Assembly: GCA_000708835.1 (NCBI GenBank)
Contig: DF237248.1
Span: 1-64,000, forward strand
Source of the DNA: Klebsormidium nitens
Lineage: Eukaryota > Plantae > Klebsormidiophyceae
Reading direction: 5' to 3'
Length of the DNA: 64,000 bases
The notes under the pieces were generated by a model. That model was given only the letters and a program-made list of their open reading frames with translations, was not told the DNA's origin and searched no databases. Shown here one piece after another: positions 10,801-22,203 of this stretch (positions are counted from its first letter, which is position 1; each line of letters starts with the position of its first letter). The translations under genes were made by a program, and so were the position numbers.

Positions 10801-13800
10801 ATAGGACAGATACGGAAACGACTAAAGTTGTGAAAAAGAGAAAAGGTCGGCCAGGATGGCTCCTAAGGCTTCACCAGGGAAGCATAGAGCATTCTTCCAC
10901 ACAGCGTCAAAAGTGGGAGAGCAAGGGGATTCGTGGAACCAGTGGTGGAAAGCTTCTGCTTCTGCTTCTGTTTGCGTCATTTTGGAATCCAGGCAGGCGT
11001 TACTCTGCCGAGTCGGACTGCTCCGATCAAAGGACACTGATCGAACGACAATTTGGAAAGCAGTCACTCACTACTTTCTTAAGCATTTCGCAGCGATACT
11101 TACCGACCAGAGAAGCGGGAGGGCTTCCCGCTTCGGACGCACTCTCGGACAGCGCGCCCTCCTTCGCGTCGAAGAACTCTGCATCGGCGTCCGACGCTTG
11201 CGAATCCAGGGTGCCCGAACCGATCGCCCGGGCGCTGTCGACCCTTCGGATAACTAGGGGGGCGAGGCGGGTTCTTTGCCCGGAGCTTTCTATCGATTGA
11301 GGATTCGCCGAGGTTGGGAAGTGGGCGGCGAAGTACTCCCGGGCACCTGCGAAGCACCGAAATGCAGAAAGATCCAAAATGTGTCCCTTTGCTCGTCTCT
11401 TGGCGGGAGCGTCCGCAGAGCATCAAGTCCAGATGTATACGTCACCACATGGAAGTATGTTCCTTGGCTTTGTCAATCTTTGATTGTCCGTCCTTGCGAA
11501 TCATCACAAGATTGAGCTTATAGCCATGAGTTTTAGCCGTTCGTCTCTGCTTCTGGAAGACGCGCAGATTGTAACCATCGTCACAGATTGGTCGCCGTCC
11601 TCTGATTAGCGTCGTGCGCAGACACCTTTTGACGTACTCCAGAGAAACCATCGAGACCGCCATAATTCTCAGATGACCAATCGCCAGTACGAAAGCAGAA
11701 CAGAACGAAGATTATGACAATCGAACGACTCGACCGTTCCGTGTCTTTGGCATACACAATCCGGAAGACGTTGTCAAACGCATCTTGAACCACTCACCGG
11801 CTATCCGGTAAAGTAGCTGCAGCTGCAATGCCTCGACCGCCTCGGCCGGCGGCCCGCAGAGCCACCCCCCCTCATCTAGTTCTACCACGTGCTCCAGCAA
11901 GGTCTGGGGTTGCGGGCCCCCTTGCAACGCCGTAATGATGTACCCGCCACCTGGCAAAAGACTCGGGGGTCAGAGTAATCCACGAAAACCGACTTGCAAA
12001 TGTCGTTTCACACACAGTTATAATCCAGGGTGCCCGGCAAATTCAAGCATCGACTTTCCTGGGTTTCGTCTCGAGGTTCACCTGAAAGGCATTGCATTTG
12101 GAATCATCAGATCCAGGCGCAGAACTGGCAAACGGTAACCAAGGTTTACGCACTCCGTGATTGCACTTCTCCTATAACCTTATTGCTATTTCATAACCAA
12201 CCCACTTTAACCCCAACCATACCTCTGGTGCCTGTCTTCAGTTGATTGGCCGTAAAGAAGAACCAGGATCAGCAATTTGGCAGAAGTTGGACGGGGCAGC
12301 TCTGTGTCACGTCTTGTCGCCTCCGGCAGGCAATCAGACGTCCGCTGTTCCGTTGTTTAGCAATCCACTTAGACTCGGTACACAAGAATCCGTGTACACG
12401 CTTCCATTGTGAATCCTTGAGAACGGAGGGGCAGCAGTCCTTCAAAGAAACCAAGTCTCATCCAGGAAGCGATGACGGAGAAAACCAGACAAATGGAAAA
12501 GTGTAAGGTCGATACCAATCTGTACTCGCCAAAAGGTCCCCCCTCTGCATATCCCTCCTGCTTTATACTATTTCCGCTTTGCTTTGTGCTTGCCCGAGCA
12601 GCCGTTCAAGGGTCGCCAAAAAGAACGGAGTCAACAGTTGTGCGTTAAGGCCTCACTTTTCAGTTGCCCCCGGGCATATCCTGCCTGTACCGGGCACTTC
12701 TTGTGCTGGGTGGACTGGTACGATACGACTGCAAGCAAGAGGTGCAGAATATGTGAAGCAGAAATTGCAAAGACTGTGCCCTTTAGATGTTCTCAGCAGA
12801 TTGACGGCTTCACTGACGAATCTGAAAAGGAGCGTGTAACATTATGCGCCACCCCAACATCTCTCTTGAAAGTAGGAAAATTCCTGAAGTAAGAAAACGC
12901 GAAAACTACGAAATCAACTTGCCGAAATCAACCATTCTCGTATGCTCGCTCACAGAAGGCGGCGCCGGAGACCATCGGAGTCAGCAGACGACGCAAATTG
13001 CAAATCCGACAAGGCAGCAGCTGTTACAACCAACAGACCAAAAGACGACAAACTGGTGACGCGGGACTTACCGATCGACCCACCAGGAGGCCTTACATTT
13101 GAGCGCAGAAGGCAGAAGTCCTGAGCTTTTACATTCCTGCAGGAAGTGCCCGAAAGTCCTCATCGACTGAAATGTGTGAGGGCACTACTCTTTATGGATA
13201 TGATCAAAGTCTCGATTGGCGTTTGCCGATAACATCGCTTTTTGACATCCTGTCTTAGAGATATTGGAGTCCAACTAGAAGCATCAGAACTGACGAGACC
13301 CAGATTCCTTTAGGGCATCCCGAGATACAGAGACACAGCGGCGGTTTTGGCAAATGCATTCCGTCATTCTCGAAGCATTTGACGCGTCCTTCTTTTCAAG
13401 TCAGACATATCAAATTGCTTTCAGGGAAAGAAAGCCACAACATTCGACACTAGGTAGAAGAACTTAACAACTCTGATTGCTTACGTGCCGACTGCCCTGA
13501 AGCACTTCTGCACGACGTCGGTGCTGCCGTCGATTTTCTCCACCACGCGCCCCTTGTCGAACAGCGGGTCCCACTGGCCCCTCTCCGAGGCCAGGCCCGT
13601 AACTAGATCGAAGACAGTGTCTGGGGCGGCGGCGACTACACCAACTGCCTTGAGGGAGCAGGACTGCAAAAAGAATGTTCGACTTGTGATAGACGGCAAA
13701 GCGTTCACGAGGACACAAAATGTTTTAAAGGGAAAAGAAGGGGCAGGGGCAGCTTGGACATGGAGTATCATGCTGCTGAGCGAAAAGGGGCGAAAGTAGT

Positions 13801-14895
13801 GAGCGGAAAGGGGCTGATGAACGGAGGAGTACGGTGCCGTGACCTTCAGTGCAGGCACTGACGGGGACCCCTTCGAGCAGTGAAATTGCCAAAAGACTCG
13901 ATATTTAGAAAGAAGGAACAAGAGGAAAAGTTGCGTACCAGGTTTCAACATTCAGTAGCCAGTGTGCAGAAAATTTGACATGCTGTGGCCGGGCTCCAGT
14001 AGCTGTGCAAGGTTTGAGCGGGACGAAAAGCAAGAAGAGCAAAATAATACGGAAAAGTGGCGAATCCTGCCGGAGAACCATAGATCGAGACTCAATGGAG
14101 GAGGGGGAACGGAAGAGTCAGAGAGGCAAGGGCCTGCAAGCTCCAGAGACCATCCGATTCAAGAGGTCGAGAAAAATCAGGTGAGGGAATGAGTCAAAAG
14201 GACCAAGAGTATCATCGGTCTTTTGAGACCAGCCGCGTATGTTTCTCCTGAAGTAGAAATGACATCAAATCCCTCCTGGCCATAGGTATAACAGCAGAAA
14301 CTTTACGAAAGGCTAGTTGGCTAATCAACCGGGGGACTCACCCCTGCCCTCAAGCAGCAGAAGCAGCCTCGCCCCTTCTTTCTCTCTGGAGAAGCGTCCA
14401 GAAATATCCTCAGGCCTGCAAGGAAGACACCAATAAGGTCGAGGCTGGCTTCAAATCTTTGAAAGGGCTTCAGCTGACTGCCTGTATGTCGACCATCTAT
14501 CAATGACACATTTCCAGATCAAGGAGATCATCGCTCGACGGAGGAGCAAGATCCAACTTACAGACGTGTTATTCTCAGATAATCATGCTGGAACTTGCCA
14601 AGCAACCGTGCACGCAGATTTGGCGTTCAATCTCATGTGGTGAAAGTTTGTAGAGGCTGATAGGAAGCTGCTTGTGAATAAGTACTTTCATGTGCATAGC
14701 GGCTAACTGAATCATGTGAGCCAGGGAGGCTTTGCTCTCGTACATTCAAAGGAGGTAACTGGAAATGAACCGAAGGGATCAGACTCTTACCATTCTCAAC
14801 TTTGACGAGTTTCCATTTGGCCCTGGGGGTGGCCCATGACGGAAGGGGCTCGCTCGCATCAGTCTCGCGGGGTCCGCTCAGCAGTGGCTGAGTGA
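7802..14895 (-). CDS. EDR2: EDR2-like START + DUF1336 lipid-binding protein, copy B, multi-exon
   Basis: START exons: KWKLVKVENG|LRIFLD (14895-14790, about 14417-14345), SLKAVGVVAAAPDTVFDL...QWDPLFDKGRVVEKIDGSTDVV (about 13665-13486), QDFCLLRS (13135-13073), YQSTQHKKCP...ARGQLKS, GGYIITAL...LEHVVELDEGGW...LLYRIAG|AREYF. DUF1336 exons parallel copy A (10710-10564, about 10084-9933, 9466-9320, 8935-8830, 8459-8357, 7900-7802). Confidence 0.88.
10350..10562. repeat. Degenerate intronic tandem repeat (5-6 units of about 35-45 bp)
   Basis: Recurring core ACTCG(G/A)G..GAAGGAGCAGTTG; the last unit abuts the donor site of the 10710-10564 exon; absent from the equivalent intron of copy A. Confidence 0.75.
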
Positions 14896-15395
14896 CTGCG
14901 AGGCAATGAAGACAATTTCGCTCAATGGAAGACAATTTACATACCCAAATCAAAAAGTATCACACAGGCTGCAGTGTCTGTGGCACGAACAGCGTTGATA
15001 GCTGGTGCGACCCTCAGTCTGACTGTTGTCAGATTGGGGGAAGGGCAAAGCATGCACTGAGGCCGATTCAACTGTGTCACTCAAATAACTTCTGTCCTGT
15101 CTTGAGATGGTCGACGGGGCAACAAGTTTGCACTGGTTGAAGCCATGATGATGACAAAACTTCCATGACTGGGGCGCCACAGGGGTGTCGCAAGGTGCTT
15201 TTAAGCCCGTGTACAACTGAGGGATTCCTCCGACTACTTGATAAATTGACAAGAATGCATATCCTTATGGACCCCGCTAAGAGTCATTACTCATTGACAA
15301 TGGGGGCTGGAATTGTGGTGTAGTCAAGGCAGCTAGACCCAAAGGCGTCAAGAGGACGTCTGAGCTCAGGATACTGGACTGCTGCTTCACCAACG

Positions 15396-15449
15396 ATTGA
15401 AGATGCCTAGGCAATTGAAGATGCTTACGCAATTGAAGATGCTTAAGCC
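15396..15449. repeat. 3 x 18-bp tandem repeat
   Basis: ATTGAAGATGCCTAGGCA / ATTGAAGATGCTTACGCA / ATTGAAGATGCTTAAGCC. Confidence 0.9.
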
Positions 15450-15849
15450 AACCTACTTTACTACAGCCTCAGCTGCCTTGAAAAACAAGAAGCTGACTGC
15501 AATGTTTTTCTTATATGCATATACTGATTCGTTGGAAAAGTGAAAACGAACGACTTAGGCTGGCTCACGTTTTGTCCTGGCTTGAAGCTGAGGATGACTT
15601 TCAAAGAGAAAGATCGGAATAGACTCAAAGGAAAAATTCAGAGCAATCAGCGCACAGACTCAACTTGCTGTTGAGAGACTTCTGGATTACAATTGCAAGG
15701 AGAATGGCTTGCAAATTGGTGAAGAAACTTCAATCAATGCGGGCTTGTGAAGAAGTACCTGAATCATGCTGAGTATCTGTTTCGCCTTCCATGCCCAGCC
15801 TTGTTAAAGCGAGATGCCCTGAGGACAAGAGCTCAACTTTAGTCAAGAA

Positions 15850-16491
15850 CACTATGGAGCGCTATATAAGTATGCGCATCATGAAAGATCCCTTGATTTC
15901 TGGGCAATTGTTGGTGATTTTCGACGTAAGGTATTTGCTCGATTGGCGCCTTCCTAACATGGGCTCAAGAACGCGAAGCGCATTGGCACAGGCCAAAAAA
16001 TAAAGCCCTTGCAGCTCACTACCCTGCGTGGTCGCCTCCCAACAAGAGGCGGCCAACCTGATGCAGGCTCCAGCAGTGATGTGGGTTGTATTATGGTGCC
16101 TGCACGCCTCACAGGAAATTCGAGGCGCCATTAGCAGCAGCTGTTGATGTCATGCCATGTCAGCATTGGGCTTCAAGCTTGGCCCGTTCGATGATAAAAT
16201 TTCAACGGTTGAGACTGCTCAAAGGGAATTCAGTGCTCCCTAGCCAATCAATAAGGCGGACAGTCATTGAATCGGGCGCATGGGGCGCATCCTCAGGTGC
16301 TTCTGCATGCCAATGGGCCAGGTGGGCATGCACTCAATTATGCAATTTTCCGAGGAGAAGCACACCACTGTGCACCATTGGCATTGAGCTGTGGACAGTG
16401 GGTTCCCTGCGAATCGTAGTATTATACCACCTCCTCACTCTCCTGCAGAAAGGTCTTCGACAACACTCTGTGTCGGCCCTCCCAACTCCAT
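15850..16491 (-). CDS. Possible N-terminal (PH-domain) exons of EDR2-like copy B
   Basis: Weak peptide resemblance to the EDR2 PH domain (LLEP...RRP; KAPIEQ...NQGIFHDAHTYIAL); candidate ATG at 16491 followed by a GTGAG donor. Exon chain not resolved. Confidence 0.25.
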
Positions 16492-17401
16492 GGCTCTGAA
16501 CTGGACTGGAATTGCTTAAGTGCAAGTCCTTGTTTGTGGAGACGCCGCTGCAATGCTGTGTGCAGTGGAGACTTTACATTCCCTGTCTCAGTGAAGGGGC
16601 AGGACTAGCGATCAAGCTGCTGCTTTTAATGGTCGCACAAGACAGTAAAATCAGAGACTTCTGCCTGAAAGGCTTTCTACTTGAGAGGCCACCTTAACTG
16701 GAGTCTGCAAGACCATTGAGCAGCATTCCTCCCAGCCTCTGGCGCACCAGAGAGGCCGCCATGGAACAAAAGGAAAATGAAGTGAGCAAATTGCATGACT
16801 GGGGTACTCCCAATCTGTTAGAACCAGTTGTCTCTCAATCATTTGCGCTTTAAAGATGAGGACACTCCGATGTAGCTTCACACTTCATTGACAATGGAAG
16901 GGTTGATTGAGAAAGGCTCTAATACTCTGTATCCAGATTTTAAGTCCAGTTGTATGCTTTCTTGGCAGAGAATACCTATTCATCAGGCTCATGTGACATG
17001 GTTTTCTGCAAGGATTGATGGAAGATTTCTTCACAAAGTGTCCTTACTTAGCGACACCGCCGCATAGACTCTACCTTTTTGAAACTGCTGAGTCCAAACT
17101 TTGCAAAGCGACAGCTTGTTGGAGTTTCGCAGCAATTAAGACCATGCTGGAAATCTCCTTGGGCAAGTATTGGGTGAACTGGTAGTGAACTTCGTGGTGA
17201 ACATCTTGAAATAGTAGTCAGCTGAGCTGCTATTGATTTCAGCTTCACACAGAGGCTCTGCTTGAAGATTGTTACAGGGACTTTCGGGAGAAGCTCGTGA
17301 CCTTGCGCCCAGCCATCCGGAAAGTGGAAGCAGTTTAGCGATTGCTAACCAAGCTGTTCTAAGTGCAGAAACCACCATAGAAGAAAGCGGGCTTCTCGCA
17401 G

Positions 17402-20002
17402 GCGATTCCGCACGTGTTCCTCCTCTCAGTGCCCGCTGTAATTGGTTTGACGTTCTTCAATGGCACCCTCTTTGGATACCACCCGACTCTGATGTCAATT
17501 GGGTACATGGCCCTGCTTGGGGAGGGCATCTTACTGGCAACCGGAGCGAAAGTGAGTGTTTTAGTCCCGCGTTTATACTTGAGAGGTCCTGTTGCTCTTG
17601 TCACATTCTTCTTCGGTGCCTTGATGGACATTGATGCAAAGTGCTAAAAGACCTGGACAGGCGGGTTTCAGACAGGCTCTGCCTAGCGGACCTGCCTAGC
17701 TCTGCCTTCTACTCTTTCGATTCAATCATGTCGCCCACAGACACAATTAAGATGCAATAATGACAGCTGGGGATACAAAGAGAGACAGGCGCTGTAGATT
17801 GACAAAGCCTTGAACAGATTCGTGTATCAGCAGTGTGTTAAGCGTCGATTCCTCCTCTAGAGAATGCGGTCTGGGTTGAGGTGGTTAGTCAAACCACAGT
17901 TGGAGCGTCCACTGTCAGGGGCGCTCGCTACCTCTGATTGACGAGCCTGCAGCCCTCGGTATGCCTTTCCTTGAGGTGCGCAGTATGAGAGGATACTTGA
18001 AGGATAGTCCGAGTTGCGCCCCTCAGAGTGTGTCCTTTCTGTAGTGCAGGGAAAGGATCGAGACTTTTACCTGTGGCTGCACAGCGTGTGCCAGGTGGCG
18101 GGAGCGGTGGCCATCTTTTGCGGGCTGCTGGCCATCCTGCAGAACAAGGTGCGCGCATACGCATTGCATGCGCTAGTCCTTTCCAGAACTCGAATGGGTA
18201 TCGGCGATTGCTTTCTTGATAACGTTCTCATGGTCTTGGAAATTGCGGGTCGATCGGAAGCTCAAACAAGTCCGAAGCTTCATTCGAAATCGTTGCCCCA
18301 CTGCTGAGCACTGTCCTCCATGGTCCAGTAGACAAGCCGATCATATTAATAAGTGACTGGCAGTGTGCCAAAGTTGGTTTCCAGTCTCAGATCGAGATAG
18401 GTGTCCGGCTCCCAATGTCTTAGGATCTGGCGAGACGCACTCTGGTTCTGTTCGGGACCCTTGACTCGAGTTGTCCCCACTTTCCCAATTGTGATTCGTG
18501 AACCCTTTCCTGGATCCGTGCGCTGAACCTACCTCAGTTACGCTGCCGTTCAGATCAAGTGAAGTAGATTACCTTCAGGTTTTGGTTTTCCATAATCGGG
18601 TCCCGTTCTCGAAGCCTTCCGGAAGGGTGTCGCGATGTCCTTGGACCTTTCTTCTCCTCCCCCACCTTGGGTGCAGGTTGTCACTTTCCCACGCCCCCGG
18701 ACAAATGCTCCCCTTTCCGGCCGATCTTCGACCTTCCGCTCCTCCAAACAGAAATCAGATGTGGGATTGGCGGGTTCCGAGCTGAGTGCCTCGCTTTCTG
18801 TCACCTTTTCCTGAGTTGACAGCGGACTCTCCTTTCCCCTGCAGTTTCAGTTGGGCAAGCCCCACTTTGTAACTTTGCACGCACGGCTCGGCTTGGGGAC
18901 GCTCATCATTACGGCGCTCGCCGCCACCGGGGGCCTCCCCGACTTCTACGGGCTTCCCCCCTCGTGGCGCAAGTTTCAAACGCTCGTCAACCGAACCCAT
19001 CGACGAGTAAGTGCCCTTCGCAACTTCGCTCCCTTCATCTATTTGTTGTCTACGGGTTTCATTCCTTCAGCTTTCTCTCGGACTTTCTGAAGCGAGGATT
19101 GGTCGGTCATCATGGTTCCAGATGCAAGTATCTACTCGCAAGTCTGTGATGACTTGCAGGCTCTTTCTTTTGACCGGTGAGTATTCACACCGCTGGAAGC
19201 CCGCGTTTTTCTGGCAGTTTCTCCGACCCGAAACGTCCTGGTCTCAGCACACCTTTTGTTTTCGGGGAGGGTCTTTGCTTGCTTTCAAAGTGCAACTTTT
19301 TGAAAATGGCCACACAATGTTCCACTCAGGAACGAGCTCAGCCAATTCAGCGGGCTGGCTTCCATCTCCCAATATCGGATCCCGGGAAGCGCAGTCAAGT
19401 TGACAGATCGTTGAAGGAAGTAGATCTTAAAGCACAGCGGAAATGCGCTCGCCCCATGCATGTGATACGCACGGTCTTGAACTCTGTATGGGCCTTGCAT
19501 TTTCGAAGGCAAGCACATTTGCAGTCACTGATGAGTTGAAGAGTTGCTATGCAGATCCTTTCTCAAAACGATTTTGAAGCGATTCTTGAGCCGGACTCTA
19601 CAGACGTCAGAATAGGCACGGAAGCAAAGAACGGTACAGCTGGCCGCACTCAGTCCTTCAAAAGTTGCTCGGTGCCTCCGGTCTGGCCACTTCGTTGAAT
19701 TCGATTCGATTACGTTGAGCTGATTCGCGAATCAGTCCTCCCTTTGACGCTGAACTGGACTTCCATACTCTTCTGCGCAGATTGGGCGGGTCGCATTCGG
19801 CGCCGGGCTCCTGACGATGGTCACGGGTCTTCAGACCTTCAAGCCTGCTCACCCGCTCCACAAGGGCTTGCTGACGTATGCATGCGCAGCGGGAGTCGCG
19901 GGCGCAGCCATCGTGGTCTTCAGCAAGAGCGGGCTAAGTCGATATAACCGGAAGCGGTTGCTCGGCAGTTTATGGGGAAAGTCGCCAAGGACCGTGCCAT
20001 AA
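17402..20002 (+). CDS. Cytochrome b561 domain protein (CYB561D/TScytb-like), multi-exon; start codon unresolved upstream
   Basis: Exons about 17402-17550, 18049-18149, 18851-19006, 19781-20002. Four spaced heme-ligand His motifs (YHPTLM, WLHSVCQ, TLHARLG, THRR|IG) in hydrophobic segments. Confidence 0.85.
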
Positions 20003-20283
20003 GCGCCGCCTACGAGGTAACGAGAAAGCGCGACAGAATCTCAAATCTGCCCTAAGCAGATGGGAGTCGCCGAAACTTACCATAACATATTGTCGCATAC
20101 ATGTCGGCCTGCGTCAAGATCAAGCACAGTGGGCACGAATGGGGCTATAATAAGCACGGTTGTTTTGAACACGTCTTTTGCAAAGTCAATTAATCGAGGT
20201 GAGATTTCGAGGCAGCTCTCGGGTTGTTCCCGAGGTGAACTGAGTAGGTACAATTGACAGTGGGTTCTTGGAATTTTTAAACA

Positions 20284-20867
20284 NNNNNNNNNNNNNNNNN
20301 NNNNNNNNNNNNNNNNNNNNNNNNNNNNNNNNNNNNNNNNNNNNNNNNNNNNNNNNNNNNNNNNNNNNNNNNNNNNNNNNNNNNNNNNNNNNNNNNNNNN
20401 NNNNNNNNNNNNNNNNNNNNNNNNNNNNNNNNNNNNNNNNNNNNNNNNNNNNNNNNNNNNNNNNNNNNNNNNNNNNNNNNNNNNNNNNNNNNNNNNNNNN
20501 NNNNNNNNNNNNNNNNNNNNNNNNNNNNNNNNNNNNNNNNNNNNNNNNNNNNNNNNNNNNNNNNNNNNNNNNNNNNNNNNNNNNNNNNNNNNNNNNNNNN
20601 NNNNNNNNNNNNNNNNNNNNNNNNNNNNNNNNNNNNNNNNNNNNNNNNNNNNNNNNNNNNNNNNNNNNNNNNNNNNNNNNNNNNNNNNNNNNNNNNNNNN
20701 NNNNNNNNNNNNNNNNNNNNNNNNNNNNNNNNNNNNNNNNNNNNNNNNNNNNNNNNNNNNNNNNNNNNNNNNNNNNNNNNNNNNNNNNNNNNNNNNNNNN
20801 NNNNNNNNNNNNNNNNNNNNNNNNNNNNNNNNNNNNNNNNNNNNNNNNNNNNNNNNNNNNNNNNNNN
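20284..20867. other. Assembly gap (584 N)
   Basis: Run of N. Confidence 1.
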
Positions 20868-22203
20868 AGGTGCATATGTTTGCCGACATCCATGACTTTA
20901 TTGTTTGCTATAATTGCATCGTGAGACATCTTGGCTTGGTTAGCATCGGCCTCGACTCTAGTAGGACTCGATCTTGACAGGCATGACAAACACCTGCAGC
21001 CTGTGAGACCTTTGTTTGCTGGCAAGTGGACCTGCGGATGTATGTTAGGAAGGTTGCACGCACATGCGAACAATTGCTGCTTGTACAGCTAGTAGATAAA
21101 GACGGTGAAGACATAGTTTGGATCAATCTGGAAGAGCTTAATGCTAGCTGAGCTGGAACCAATGTAGAGTACTCTAACCGTCGGCGGCGTTCAACTCGGA
21201 TCGAAGGTATCAAATTGTCAGTAAACGTCTTCCGTTCGACAGTTTAAATCTCACTGCTCGTCAATCATGAGCCTGTTGCTTATGATATGCTCTCTCGGAG
21301 TCTGCCGCCTTAAGATGACGGTCTTATTGAAGCGATTGCATCCTGCCAGGTCTGAAGCTGTTAATACATGAAGAATGACTCTCAAGACTGGCTAACGCCG
21401 CCGGATCATCACTGATGCTTATAGCGCTCGCGCGAGGACCGATGCTCTAGCATGACCTAGCTGCTAGGCTGCATGCATCCAATGTTTTGACCTGGCACGT
21501 GTCTGAAAACTTGGATTCAATCGTTGCTAGGCCGCCCGCCACATGCTGCGCAATCCATGTATGGCTGCCGTTGAGTCACTTCCTGCCTCATTTTACCGTC
21601 CAAATTATGAGATTGAACCTCACGTATAGGCGTCAAAGGGGTCTAGAGCACCATTAGTCAGGCCGCTCATCAATTTAGTGATCGTTGCAAATGCACTTTC
21701 ATGACCTTGTGCCCGGGGCCGATTAACCAGCAGCGCGTCCCGGGCCGTGCAGCATACGCGTAGCTACTAGAGGTTTTCTTGCGTACAAGGAAGGGGTGGC
21801 TGACACGGATCGGCTGTGATACGCAATTGTCATCTCTTATAAGCGCCATGTGCGGGCGGTCAATTGCCATTATTGTCATGCACGCCGGTTGCGCCGTCGA
21901 ATAGATTACATCGTACACGCATCGATCTGGTAAAAGCGAAGGGCTTGGATCTCCAGGATCGATCAGTCATTCAGCTTGTAAGCTCTTGATAATGTATGCT
22001 TCATTCATATGTGATGACGAGTGCTCAGAGTCATTTTGTGGATGCCATTATTGTTCGAAGCCCCGGCGGCAGACGCCTGCTCCCGCCACTGACTTACAAT
22101 TACGTGGTTGTGTGGTCACACTCAGTTTTACAGGTGAAAAAACAGTCCGCTCCTATCTCTTGTTTACTTCCCCGTTAGGAACGAATCTGCTGACTTTCAG
22201 TCT

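Noticed and set aside
16080-16500. hAT-like TxxNGASNF peptide suggesting a decayed transposase
   Set aside because: A single weak motif lacking the catalytic Asp; CpG depletion is better explained by the 5'-end pattern seen at other genes.
20077-21073. Long ORFs of 218-295 aa in the ORF track
   Set aside because: Artefacts of translating through the N gap.
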